In this document: one piece after another, positions 44,461-58,145 of the stretch
Numbering within the stretch: the first letter of the stretch is position 1
Layout: every line of letters begins with the position of its first letter
From: Octopus vulgaris
Taxonomy: Eukaryota
NCBI GenBank assembly: GCA_951406725.2
Contig: OX597822.1
Location: forward strand, 61,690,001 to 61,754,000
Length of the DNA: 64,000 nt
Reading direction: 5' to 3'
Translations under genes and position numbers: made by a program
Notes under the pieces: generated by a model
What the model was told of the DNA's origin: nothing
The model's database searches: none
What the model saw: the letters and a program-made list of their open reading frames with translations, nothing else

Positions 44461-45330
44461 AGGTGATATCAAAATGTTCGTTCCCAGACTAGTTATGTCA
44501 AATAACTTATTTACTTACGTTTTAACATCATCGCCTTCGAAATAGTCACCTTGAGCAGCAATACATCGTTCCTGCCACTTTTGGAATCCAGTCTGGAAGT
44601 TGTTTTCCGCAAGCGAGTCGCGGACCTTCTACAATTTGTTCTGGATTTCGAAAACGGTGTTACAACGGCGACCATTGAGCTGAATTTTCGTCTTAGGGAA
44701 GAGATAGATGTCCGCTAAATCTGGCGAAAAGGGCGGCTGCGGAAGCAATATCATCTTACTTTTGCTGAGAGACTCGCGAGCTCAGAGAGCTCGGTGACAG
44801 GGTGCTTTGTCGTATTGAAGAAACCAATTCTCTGTGCACCACAGATCTGGTCGCTTTCGTCGAATTTCTTCCCTGAAACGTTTCAAAACGTCGCAGTAGA
44901 ACTCTTGATCGACGGTTTGACCCTCGGGGATGAATACTCAATGTATAATACCACATTTCCGGGGGTGACGCTCGTGGCAGTTCTTACAGATCCCTCATCG
45001 TTTTGCAAGGACGTTCTTTCGCTTTTGAAGCGCCTGTGCCACACGGAGCATTGCGTATCAGCCATTGTCTCGTCGCCATAAGGCTGTTGCCGAAGCATGC
45101 TCAATGTCTCTGTAGCAGACTTCCCAAGTTTGACACAAATTTCACGTGGCCTTTTTGTTCCTGTGCATGACAAAATCGCAGACTACAGCATATAAGTGAT
45201 TATAAAAACACAGCGATATCACTCGGCACACTGCCTCATGAAGATCATTGCTAGCTCTCACTGCACACGTAACCGAGTGTTACCATCTGCTAGCGCGCTA
45301 CAGAACAAGTCCGGGAACTTTTTGATAATT
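44461..45330 (-). mobile_element. Internally deleted mariner transposon
   Basis: CVKLGKSATETLSMLRQ..YGDE..VWHRRFKSERTSL (mariner HTH region); inverted termini TATCAAAA..TTCCC(A/G)GACT. Confidence 0.85.
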
Positions 45331-45859
45331 TGTTTTGATAGTTTGTCCTATGCAACGAATAGCGGTTACTGACTGTAAAGCCAACGTTAATGAAGTGCAG
45401 AATTTGAGTATAATACGACTGACTGTTCACCAGCAGTCAGCATAGAAAACTGGAAAGAAGCTTGTTGTATCCACTTCAATTCTGCTTGTAACCTTTGTCA
45501 TTGTCTGCCAAAGCGTTAGATTTCATAGAACAGAAAGTGTTCAATTGATCATCTCGAACAAAATGTGTAGGTTTTGGCATGATTCACTAAAAAACTATTT
45601 CTAATCAGTGAATTGCTATGGTTAAACCACGAGATCATTTACGCTGTTTTCAACTACTAAAAAATTTGAAAATTGTAATTGTTTGGCTCCAAGTGAATGC
45701 TTTCGAGCATCGTAATGGTTGCATTTATTGGTGTATCAATGTCTTTGTATGTTTGTTTAGAGTACCGTGATGCGTAATACAAAGTAGTCTAAACGAATGT
45801 ATGGAAGCATAAAACTCATGTACGTGTCTGTGTGTATGTGTGTGTATATGTATTGTATT

Positions 45860-46250
45860 CTTCTTTTGCTTGTTTCAGGTGTCGGAGTGCACCCATGCCG
45901 AAACACCGCATTGAAGGACTTCGTCGCATAAATCAGCCCTTCCCAGTGTTCAATCTTTTTGAGTCTGGTATTCATTACGACGATCTCTTTTGTTTGGCCT
46001 CTAAACTAAAGGGATATACGCAAAGCAACATCTGTTGTCTAGATGTGAGGACAAACAGAAATTTACTCACACACACACACACACACACATACACATACAC
46101 ATGCACACACATGCACATTAATATATACGATGGTCCTGCACACATTTTCTGTCTACCAAGTTCATTAGCAAGGTATTAGACGAAAATACTTGCTTAAGGT
46201 GTTACACTGTGGAACTGAAACTGAAACTACGCGCTTCGAAGGCGAACTTC
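45860..46250 (-). mobile_element. Old diverged SINE family A
   Basis: CTTGTTTCAG...CATGCCG...GTCTACCAAGTTCA...ACTTGCTTAAGGTG pattern. Confidence 0.6.
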
Positions 46251-46517
46251 ATGGTCATGGAGCCATGCTTACGATTATATATAAATGTGTGTGCGTATGT
46301 GCGTGTGTGTGTGCGTATATGTGTGTATGCATGCACGTATGTATGTATGCATGATTAGTTGAGTTGGTATGTATGTTTGTGTGTATGTACGTGTGTGTGT
46401 ATATATGCATGCCTATATGTATGTATTTTTGTATGTATGTATGTATGTATGTATGTATGTATGTATGTATGTATGTATGTATGAGAGTAAATAATATAAA
46501 TTTTGTCCTATTGTATG

Positions 46518-46551
<34 letters not shown>

Positions 46552-47232
46552 TGTATGTATGTATGTATGTATGTATATATGCATGTATGTATGCATGTAG
46601 TGGGACTCTACTTCGGGAGTTCCAAGGTTTTGAGAAGTGTAGAACCACCTCTCAGCCGATATTGTTCTCAGGTATACCATGACCTGGAGTAGTAGCACCT
46701 GTCAAGTTCCCAGCGATGGGTTACCTAACAAGTCTGGTGACAATCCTTAGAACGCAGAGATGTAGAAATACTCTTAGTTGGTGTCAGAGCGCGCAGGAAA
46801 GCCACCGCGGATGAGAGGATCCCAGCTGTTGTCACAGAATCCTTTAAGGAGAGGGGCACTCTTATGTAAAACCTCTTTACAATGGAGATTCAACGAGCGA
46901 TACTCGTGTTGTGCAAGCATCTATCGCTATAATCCAATGATTTACAGATATCTCTTTATAGTAATCTTATTTGTCATTCCATCTACTGAAGGTCCTAAGG
47001 CAATGGAAGAATGGCAGCGTGTGCAGACCTAACTTGTCGGAAGCACAGATTAAGTCACAACTTACCTACGTCACCTATGTTTCAAATCATGCAGCAGGAC
47101 TGAATAGTCAACTGAAAGATCAAGGACGGAACGTCAGAAATACATTGACATCAATAAAGCACAGGGAGACAGGAATCATATTTGTGAAAGTAATTACCAA
47201 ATATATGTGCAAGTGTCTACATAAAGGTGTAC

Positions 47233-47270
<38 letters not shown>

Positions 47271-47417
47271 TTTGAACTTTGGGCATATGTTTATTACTAT
47301 GTCGATTAAAGCACATTTACCGTTTCGGCTACCTGATGTCATCCACAGTTATGGGATAAATTTCACCAGACCTGCTTCAGGAATTCCGTAGTGTTCGTTT
47401 AATTTATAATTAAAAAA

Positions 47418-47562
47418 GATGGATTTGGTACGAATCTTTATTCAACACGACGATCGTTTCGACCCACCCTACAGGTGCCCCTTACGAGTTTTGTGCAACT
47501 AGTGTTGTAGGATAGGTCGAAACGATTGTCGTGTTGATAAAAATTTGCATTAAATCCATTTT
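47418..47562. repeat. Hairpin with hammerhead 3'-half arms
   Basis: TCAACACGACGATCGTTTCGACC ... GGTCGAAACGATTGTCGTGTTGA. Confidence 0.75.
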
Positions 47563-47622
47563 CCGTTTCCTTCATCAACTATATATATATATATATATGT
47601 ACATACATACATATACATGCAT

Positions 47623-47693
<71 letters not shown>

Positions 47694-49719
47694 TCATATC
47701 GGTTTATCCATGTTTGTATGTATGTATGTATTCGTATATAAATACGTAAACACTTATAAGCTCTCTGCATGTCTGTTAGACAGCTTGTTGTGAGGAGAAA
47801 AGATAATCATGAGTGAAAATTAGTGTCCAGTGATAATTTAAGTCTCGGGAAGTATATGCATTAACTGTTAACGTTACTAACTCTAAAACTTAAGTGCTGG
47901 AAAGCTAGATTGTTGCTGTCTGGATTACTTCGATTGTGAAATTTGATTACGCAGCTTAGTGATGTGATAGTTTTATATAGCGCCAAGAATTCTTCCATGT
48001 TACATTATATCTTTTGTGCAATTTTTTGCTTAATTCTGAACTTTTTAGCAAGTGATTTAACTTGAGATCGTGTGCTGCGATTAAAATAATTACATTGTCG
48101 AAGTGTTCTGATAGCCATTTATAACAGATAATCTGCTATATTGACTAGTGTTTTATGATCATGAAATATATAATTGCATCACTGAACAGATCGCAGCTAT
48201 ACACTGAAAGTTTTTGACACTTTATGCAATAATAAGTAACACAAAATTAAACAAAAGTGAATATAACGACAGCTGTGTGTTTATAATGACAAAAATCTGT
48301 CTATGCTCTCACTGAATATTACAATGTTTTATAAGTAAGACATTTGTACAGTTTTGTTTCTTCTCTATAGCTCAATAAATTCCGTACATTTTATTGACTT
48401 TGTGGTTAAATTTTTACTTTTTATCTTTTCTCTTACTTGCTTCAGACATTGGACTGTGGCCACACCGTGTCATAGCCTTGAAAGTTTTTCGCCGAACAAA
48501 TCGACCTCAGTTTAGTACTTCGTAAACCAGAATCTGTGACCTTGTTGGGGCATCACTATTGGACAGCCAACGGGTTCCGAGAAAAAAATGAAAAAGAAAA
48601 AGGCAAGGCCGTTGGATTGGTAGGATTAATAGAATGCGGTCAAATGACAGTTTTAATTGACATCAATTTCCAAGACAACAAGCTGGCACCAGCGTTGCTG
48701 CGCCAGACGTAATACGTAGCAGAATTTCTTTATTACGAGTTCACATGCCACAATAAGACTGGGGTCAATATAATCAACTTATCTCCTCCCAGCGATATTA
48801 CTGGCCTTTTACTAAAATTTGAAATATCGATTCCCTCCCCCACCCCGTACTCGAATTAGTGGGTCGTTGCCGGTATCTGCCTTCCGTGATCGATCACATC
48901 AATTATCATTTAACAGAGCAGTGGATATAAGCGACAGCTCCCTCCCCTACAAACTCTAAATATATATTCCACACATTTTAGTTTCATTTTAATCACATTC
49001 ATTGGGTCGTTGCATTTGCTTTTTGTGAAGGTGATTGTAGCAAGTGAAAAGGCGAAAACAAAATCAAAACATATTTTTACTGTTGAATCCAAATCAAATA
49101 TTTTGTATTTTCTTCATGCATATCTGCACTGAAGCCTATATGTAATTATATAGAAACACATTCACGCTTTTACAAGAATCAAAGATAAATAAAACGTATT
49201 CTTGTGCATGCCTACGCCCATGTCTTGCCCACCTACATGCTGATAATAAGAGCGTCTAATTACGCGAAACTATATACAGACCTACAATTTTAAGGCGTGA
49301 GTTTGGGCGGGGGTGTGGGTTCGCTATCAATGTTCCTACATTTGAGCTTTTTCCAAATGATTTTGTTTTGATTTTTACGGCACATTCCCTACTTTCTTAT
49401 AGCATATATAACAAGTATATTATATTTGTTTTATGTTCAGTTGGCTTTCTCTCAAATGTTATAGTTATTTTTGGTGACAGTTGTTTCTAGTTTATTGCCA
49501 CTGATTTTGTTTTCTTTATATTATTTCTTTTCTATAGGAAATCACTTTGACATTTACTGTTGGTATAAATTGTTGGTCATCCATGTTAAAGTGTGTCATC
49601 TGCATATGTAAGGTTGATGACATCCATACCTACTGTTGGTATTCTCATATATTACACAACATATACTTATTAGAACTAGGATATGATTATTTAATACTTC
49701 CAATATTTCTGCTAGTAAA

Positions 49720-49935
49720 AGCAGCGAGCTGGCAGAATCGTTAGCACACCGGGCGAAATGCTTAGCTGGATTTCGTCTGTCTTTACGTTCTGAGTTCTAT
49801 TTCCGCCAGGGTCGAATTTGCCGTTCATCTTTTCGGGATTCGATTGAATATATACCAGTGAAACATTCGAGTCCATGAAACCGACTTATCCCTTCCCTCG
49901 AAATTGCTGGCCTTGTGCCAAAGTTTGAAACCAAT
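49720..49935 (+). mobile_element. SINE family B
   Basis: Head GCAGCGAGCTGGCAGAATCGTTAGCAC, core, tail GGCCTTGTGCCAAAGTTTGAAACC. Confidence 0.82.
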
Positions 49936-51216
49936 ATTTCTGCTAGCATTTCATACACTCCAGTTGCCTATCCATCATTCATTCACTATATTACCTTTCC
50001 TTTTTCGTTAAAGGTTTTGTTTCTGTTAGCATCCTCGAAATTGGGCACAGGTAGTCTGTTTCCATCATCCTACAGTTTTTCGTATTCAAATTATAGAATT
50101 TCTATTTTGTCTACACTTATATTTGCTATTTACTATATTTCATATTTTTCTTTAGATTTGTGCTGATTATCAAACTTTCCAGTTTCTTTTGGCATTGATC
50201 ATCTAACCAATTAGTTTTTTGCTTTTTCTGCATTCTGAACATAACACATTATTTAGATTTTATATCTATCTAGATCTTTATTTTTGTAGTTCATTTCTAC
50301 ATTTTTAACGAATTTCATGAGTTATCATTTTCATTCTTTATCTTTCCCTTTAAGGCGGTGAATTTTAGAGTTATTTACATGCATATTTTATGTGCCATTT
50401 TTTTAAAATTCGTTTTCCCACCAGTTATATGGTTCAGTTATTTTTTTTTTTCTTTATTTTGTAAATATTAATTCTTGTTTCCTGTTTTCACAATGATTTG
50501 TCTTTTTTTACGTTTTTCTTTGTTTTAGCAAATTTAAGTTTGTTTTTGTCTTTGAGCCATTTTCACTTTTTGATTTTAAAGTTTGATTTTAAAGTTGATT
50601 TGTTACTTAATTACCATAGGATTATGATCTAGGAATTTGTTTTCAAGTTTCACACAGTTTCATAACCGTTTGTTTATCAATATATAATCTGATTTGTTCT
50701 GTCACCTGGGTTTTTCCATGTGTATGACTTTTTTGATGATTACTGACTTCTAAATTATTTCTTTCACGGGGAGATCCGTTGGTAACCTATTTTATTTCTC
50801 GGTAGAGAAAACATGAAGTCTTCCCTCATAATTATTTTTTTAGCTTTGTTGTACTTTTACTGAATTTGGATTTATTAGTAGAATCCCTTTAGTTCTTTAT
50901 CATTTTTTCTTGTGCAAGAACGATTACCGGTATGATATGGATACTGAAAGCTTCCCTTTGTTTCCTCATTACCGTTCTATTTGAAAATTTGCAGTATCTA
51001 TTTAACGTTCTGCTATAGCATTCTTCATTATGACTCCTATTCATTTTCTACGCCCTCCCCTTTCCCATCATAATACAATTTGGATAACTTTCCCATTGCA
51101 ATTTTACTATCATTTGCCCATGTAGATTCAGATATTTCCGTGAGGTTCATTGTTTTCTGACTCCAGTATAATATTGTCAAATATTATATATATATATAGA
51201 TATATATATATGCATT

Positions 51217-51282
<66 letters not shown>

Positions 51283-51316
51283 ATACATACATATATACAC
51301 ACACACACATATACAT

Positions 51317-51645
51317 ATATACAAAATTAAGGGGAATGACCACTAAAGGGGACACCTAATATGCTAAACATAGACGTCAAATCGCCATTACCACGAAGAA
51401 TGTGTTCTCGAGAAAATTCTCAGCAAAGCGCCAAAATGTAAAAATAAGCAAGACAAATGAAAATATACGAAATAAAAAACGATTACCTACGTAACAATGG
51501 TTTCACTTGTGAATATCTACGTATGCTAGCACGTTATTGCTTAGATTTTTCTTGAGAAGAAATTATTCTTGGTAATGGCGATTTGACGTCTATGTTTAGC
51601 ATACTAGTTGTCCTCTTTAGTGGTTATTCCTCTTAATTTTGTATG
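51317..51645. repeat. Inverted repeat (~105-bp arms, ~110-bp spacer) between (TA)n tracts
   Basis: ATGCTAAACATAGACGTCAAATCGCCATTACCA / TGGTAATGGCGATTTGACGTCTATGTTTAGCAT. Confidence 0.85.
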
Positions 51646-51723
51646 TAACACAATTTTTAATCTTCAGATTTTTTAAATATGCTAAATCACTGGTTTTAAT
51701 TGATTAATATCAATTTCTACCCT

Positions 51724-51758
<35 letters not shown>

Positions 51759-51870
51759 AATATGTTTGTATGTATTCGCTTTGGGTGTCTCTATCTACCT
51801 TTCCACCTACCTACCTATACAGTATGACTGTACATATGTGTATTTGTGTATCGAGCATGTTTGTGTGTTC

Positions 51871-51903
<33 letters not shown>

Positions 51904-52490
51904 TGTATGTATGTATGTATGTATGTATGTATGTATGTATGTATGCATGTATGTACGCATGTATGTATGTATTCACGGCTTTATTAATAATTCGCAGAAT
52001 TTACAGAGTGACCCAAGGGCAGAGAGTTTTATGCCTTAGCACTTAACTTAGTCGATTATTAATAAGAAGCGTATACATGTTCATGTTATGAGTTCTATTT
52101 TCCTGTTTGCATCACTAAAATCCTCTATGTGTGTGTGTATGTATGTATGTATGTATGTATGTATGTATGTATGTATGTATGTATGAATGTATGTATGTAT
52201 GTGTGTGTGTGTGAGTATATGTTTATTATATATATATTTGTATTTGTGTGTGTGTGTGTGAGTATTTATATATATATATATCTATATGTATGTATGTATC
52301 TACTGTATGTGTTAACTCTCTGATCCGTCGTGGTACATATTACTGATCTCAAAATTGATTATGCCATAGGCATGATAGAGTCTACTGCAGAAATTATATT
52401 TCTATATGTAAGAGAGAGAGAGGGGGAAGGATGGGGAGAGAGAGAAAGTCGAAATATTGGATGAAGCAAGTGTACACAATCATTTCACAT

Positions 52491-52524
<34 letters not shown>

Positions 52525-52857
52525 TGTGTGAGTGTGTATGTGTGTGTGTGCATATCTGCATACACACATATATACCAGAACGTGTATCTCTCACATACAT
52601 CTTACACCAGTTCACGCACAAGCACATATATATGGCCATACTGACTCTCTTTCACGCATATTTACCCATTGGCGTATTTTATTATTTGTTGTTTTGATTT
52701 TTGTGGCTTCATGGCAATGAACGTTTTATTGCTCATAAATCTGATAACATACACATAATCTGTATATTTACCTATCTCAATGAGTTCATATCACTCTCCC
52801 TATTTCATCAATCTATGCGACTTTATTAATATAACTATCCATTTGTTTGCCTTATAG

Positions 52858-52893
<36 letters not shown>

Positions 52894-52894
<1 letters not shown>

Positions 52895-54150
52895 CATTTG
52901 CTGTCAACACCCGTTAAAAGAAGGGCTGGGCATGCTGTGGTTGATGATGCGCAGACACGCGCTGAGACTGCGACATCTCCAACTCTATGTACACGACGGT
53001 GAAAAGGTGTGGTCGCCGTTTGTGAGGCACGCCTTCCCGCAGCTCGTCTCCATGACCGAACTGCAGTCGTGGTTCAAAAAGAGACCGAGGAAGGGCGAAT
53101 GGCACCGCGAGTGTCGCGTTGCTCTCAAGCAACTATGCCGTCCCGGGTCGACCATGAGTAACTTCAACACAACCAAAGCATTCTATAGGGAATTAGTGGA
53201 GGGGAGGTACGACGACGATCTTGGGGCGAACCTGGGCGTCGACGAGGAATATCTGACCCGCCTGTTTGAGACGACTTTCAGGCCGGGACCTATGGACAAC
53301 TTCCAGAGATCCCTGGCCTGGCAGTGCTACCGAGAAGCGCTACCCGTTCGAGATAAGCTCTATAGGCATGGCTCGAGAAACACGGGGCCGACCTGCCCGA
53401 GATGCGATCAGAGCAACGAAACCGTTCTGTACGCAATCGTTGATTTTTTATTGTTCTGCACGCAATCGTGCAGTGTCCAACAATCTCCGACCTGTGGGCT
53501 TATGTCGAACGACTGCTGTCACGTGTAGGACATGTCGGTTTATCAGCCGAGTCTATTGTTAATATCGTCACGCCTCCTTCCTTCATACTTGTGGCTATGG
53601 CGAAAGAATGTATCTGGTGGACGCGCCTGAAAGGATTAGAGAAAACACTTTCCTCTCTGGTCAATCTCTCATCAACTTCTTCAAGTATCACTTGAAAAGG
53701 AATGTGAGAGTAGAGAGGCAAGTTTTGTCTAGTGAATGTTTTAAAAAAGATGGGTGAATGTGGCAAGGATGGCACGTATGAATGACGAAGCCACCTTGAG
53801 TATGATCCTATGAACGGTAAAATTTAATACAGAGAGTTAGTTATTTGTAAAAAAAATATAACATGTGACTTCATTGACCGATGTTACCGTGGTCTTTTCC
53901 ATAGGCTTTTCTTTCCACGGGCAAACCTCACTTGTCTTCCTCTTTATACTTTACATTGACATTTCTGTGATAACGATCCCTATTGATCGATTTTTTCTTT
54001 TTCCTTTTATTTTTATTCCCCCACCCCTTTAATTTTTTTTTACGATCCCTTTTGATCGAAAACCAACCCCCCTTTTTTATCCCCCAAAAGAAAAGCTCTA
54101 GCTTGTAATTTGTCCCGTCTGTGTGCAGCCCTGTGTGGCTAATAAAGAAG
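52894..54150 (+). mobile_element. L1/Tx1-like LINE 3' end (zinc-binding C-terminal region + 3' UTR)
   Basis: AWQCYREALPVRDKL...CPRC...ETV...QCP; T/C-rich UTR ending AATAAAGAA; (TATC)n on both sides. Confidence 0.85.
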
Positions 54151-54152
54151 CA

Positions 54153-54251
<99 letters not shown>

Positions 54252-54389
54252 TTAACAGTTCCACAACAAGTCTTCTCATTTCGTAGAAAGAAAAGCAGCG
54301 AAACGAAGGAAATATCGTCATTTACATGGAACAAAAATAAAATCACAGATGCAAAAATGAAACAAACACTTAATACATACATACATACA

Positions 54390-54423
<34 letters not shown>

Positions 54424-54469
54424 CATACATACATACATACATAAATACATACATGCATGCATACATACA

Positions 54470-54660
54470 TAGTTAATCCAAACAAGAAAGCACAAAAAAA
54501 GCACAACGCGAGGACGTGGAACAAATATAGTATTATTGGACGCTCAGGAAATAAGGAAAGAAGGAGGGTTTAACGTTTCGAGCGGAGCTCTTCGTCGGAA
54601 ACATAGGAGAAGGAAAGATCCAGAGAAGGGAAGACAGAGGAAAAAAATCGCCAACGGTAC
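54470..54660 (-). mobile_element. Hammerhead-bearing short element related to 5500-5697
   Basis: Shared CCACGT(G/C)CTCGCGTTGT and TCCTGAGC(A/G)TC motifs. Confidence 0.75.
54568..54602 (-). ncRNA. Minimal hammerhead ribozyme (U4C core variant)
   Basis: GTTT CCGACGA a GAGC tcc GCTC GAAA CG TT AAAC. Confidence 0.7.
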
Positions 54661-54833
54661 ACACATATAGATTACAAGTTCATCTGTAATTATTGGGTCA
54701 GAAAAGCCTTTGTGAGAGAAAATATCGAAGGTTGTCCGTGATCGAAACCACATCTTCCGTAAACATGAGAGAAGTTCTGCGATTGGACCAAAGCAAGCCC
54801 TCAAATCTCTTTGCGCAATTTAGTAACTTTATT

Positions 54834-55284
54834 GGATCTTTTCGGTTTGAACGCCAGTTTTTAACATAATTTCTAGGTAACTAAAAAATTTTAAACTTCG
54901 TATACTGGTAGACTGTGTTTATAAAACATCTTTTTCTCTTGGCTTTATTGAGAAAATTCTATAGATTGTAAGATATTTGTTGTTTTTTCTTCTTCAATTT
55001 CTGCAATTTCAACCAATCAATTACGTCTATTGAGGTAAAAAAACATTCTGTGCCGTATGAATATGTCCCTAGTTTAAGAAACAGATTGGGTTTATTTGCA
55101 TTTGTGAAGAAAACAAGATACCCTTCTCCCCACCCCAAACCCTAACCCTAAACCTAACTAACCCTAGCTAACCCTAACCCTAAAACAGATTGAAATGCAA
55201 CATATCGATATTAGGGTCATAATTATGGGTGGCAATTTCATATGACACCGCTAGAAAAAACTGCCGTTCAAACCGAAAAGATCC
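54834..55284. mobile_element. MITE with ~29-bp TIRs and 8-bp TSD
   Basis: GGATCTTTTCGGTTTGAACG.../...CGTTCAAACCGAAAAGATCC; ACTTTATT directly on both flanks. Confidence 0.92.
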
Positions 55285-55504
55285 ACTTTATTCTTACCAT
55301 CGGGAGTTGCATGTTGTTGATGTCACAAGAATTAAGAAACTTCATCAAATTGTGTTTGTTATAATATTTCATCTTTTATTGTTTTACCCAACATAAGAAC
55401 AAGTATTGAATTGAAATTTCTCGATGTATAATATATAACGTGATATAGTATAATATCATACAATATAATACACTATATACATATTATAAGTAATATACAT
55501 ATGA

Positions 55505-55561
<57 letters not shown>

Positions 55562-56087
55562 TTTACTCATACACACATATACATGTATGTGCGTATGTAA
55601 ATGTGCGTATCTGTACACATTCCGGCAACTACACAAGCAACGCCCCATACACACACGTACGTACACAACACGCATGCACACACATGCGCGCACGCGCACA
55701 CATAATTATAAGTTAGTAAACCAGATTATTTTATCGTGGCTAACTGTTTTGTCCGATTGACTTTACAGACAACTGCTCTGATAAGATAGTTCAAATTACT
55801 GAAAAATGCTGTCGGCGCGCCGATTTTGACGATAAAGGAAATAGCAAAACCTAATAAGAATCATAATTACCATTTCTTAAAATTTTTCATTATATTCAGT
55901 TGATTGACGAATACAGCTGAATAGAAATTAAATTATGGGAGTTATTCTCATAAAACTAAAACATAGTTTAACAACATGTAATTGTAACAGACTTTACATT
56001 TCTAAAATATGCTGAGTACTGAGCATAAATCTTTGTAAGTAGATTAACAGCTCACACACACACACACACACACACATACACACACAC

Positions 56088-56220
<133 letters not shown>

Positions 56221-56223
56221 CAT

Positions 56224-56254
<31 letters not shown>

Positions 56255-56476
56255 CAGATTGATGGATAGATAGATATAGAGAGATACGTACATGCACACA
56301 CACGCACATATATACATAAATATACACATGTATGTGTGTATATATATATACGCGTGTGTGTGTGTGTGTGTGTGTGCATGTGTGTGCGTGTATGTATATT
56401 TTTATGTAGTATATATATATGTGTATATATATATATATGTGTATATATATATATATACATATAAATATAGATAGAT

Positions 56477-56510
<34 letters not shown>

Positions 56511-56649
56511 CTATATATCAAGGCAAAGGGTCTATATATGCAACGCACATCTTACAGGACAAGGTAGAAAATTCGAAAATAATGCTAAAATCATGAAGAA
56601 CCCTATTTTCCTTATACGTATCAACTCGTGTGTTACTTTTCAACATTTT

Positions 56650-56701
<52 letters not shown>

Positions 56702-57015
56702 TTATATATATATACCATGCATTTATACACACACACACACACACACACGACGGCTTTTTTCAGTTTCCTCTACCAAGTTCACTTACAAAGTTTTAGTCGG
56801 ACCAAGACTATAGTAGAAGACACTAATGAAAGACCGGATCTGGAACCACGTGGTTGAGAATCAAACTTTCCACCACACAACCACGCTTGCTTTCTAAAAA
56901 GATTTAACCAAGTGAGAGAGTACTTTTGATCCCTTCTTGAGACCTGAATTCAATCATATGACCCCAGAGTTTTCTCGACTGTTTCACACATAGAGCGAAA
57001 AGAGGAAACTGGCAA

Positions 57016-57094
<79 letters not shown>

Positions 57095-57529
57095 ATGATT
57101 AAGAAGTAAAGCTTTTACCCATTCGTTCATGCCAATGCTTTAAAATCTAATTAAGAAATGTTATGTAAAACAGTAAACTAACAACCAAATCATTTATTAG
57201 CATAAAGCTTCGATTCATTTTAAAAGATTATAACCTAATAAAATTTCTCATGCTTTCCAGTCACCGCCAAAATGGCAAAAGGGTTGATTAGTTCAGTTTT
57301 CTCTATTTTCAATAACTTTGAAATAGATAAGAAGAATTTCATCCTTCTCGGAAAAGAGAAACCTAAGCTTAAGCTGAAAATCTAAACCAAAGTGGGCAGC
57401 AAGTAACGTCATCATTATTTTAATTGAAAGTATTATGAATAGTCTGAGTGAATGACGAGATGACCCACTCCGAACTAATTTTTCTGTTTCCCATGTTTGT
57501 TAGTTTGTCAGTATAAATACACATTTTCT

Positions 57530-57818
57530 CAGTTACGGGGACGTAAACACACCAGCATCGGTTGTCAAGTGATGCTGGGTGAACAAACACACACACACAC
57601 GCACACACACACATACACGCACACACACACACACATATTTATACATATACATATATAAGACGAGCTTCTTTCAGTTTCAGTCTACCAAATCCACTTACAA
57701 GGCTTTGGTCAGCCCGAGGCTATAGTAGAAGACACTTGCTCAAGGTGCTATGCAGTGGGACTGAACCCGGAACCATGTGGTTCGGAAGCAAGCTACTTAC
57801 CACACAGCCACTCCTACG

Positions 57819-57820
<2 letters not shown>
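57530..57820 (-). mobile_element. SINE family A, 3'-truncated
   Basis: Reverse complement of the 12478-12730 portion; another head fragment lies at ~56748-56888. Confidence 0.85.
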
Positions 57821-57881
<61 letters not shown>

Positions 57882-57889
57882 GTATATAG

Positions 57890-58070
57890 GGAGAGTTTAC
57901 GAAAAAAACAAAAGACGAAGACAGGTGGTGTACAAAACAAACATGTATTAGTATAACGCTCAGGAACAGAAAAAGTCTTTTACGTTTCTAGCCTACGCTA
58001 TTCGACAGAAAGGGACACAGAAAAAACAAGGAGAGAAAAAATGTGTGTAGTGGCTAACGATCTATCATGG
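57890..58070 (-). mobile_element. Hammerhead-bearing ~180-bp element
   Basis: Homologous to 19370-19565. Confidence 0.8.
57977..58012 (-). ncRNA. Minimal hammerhead ribozyme, variant core
   Basis: CTTT CTGTCGA a TAGC gtag GCTA GAAA CG TA AAAG. Confidence 0.7.
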
Positions 58071-58080
58071 CGACATATAT

Positions 58081-58145
<65 letters not shown>

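Noticed and set aside
48555-49320. CCAAT boxes and a GC box as a promoter
   Set aside because: Short motifs expected by chance; no associated gene or CpG-rich context.
55134-55183. Telomere or chromosome-fusion relic
   Set aside because: Short, degenerate and internal to a TIR/TSD-bounded MITE.
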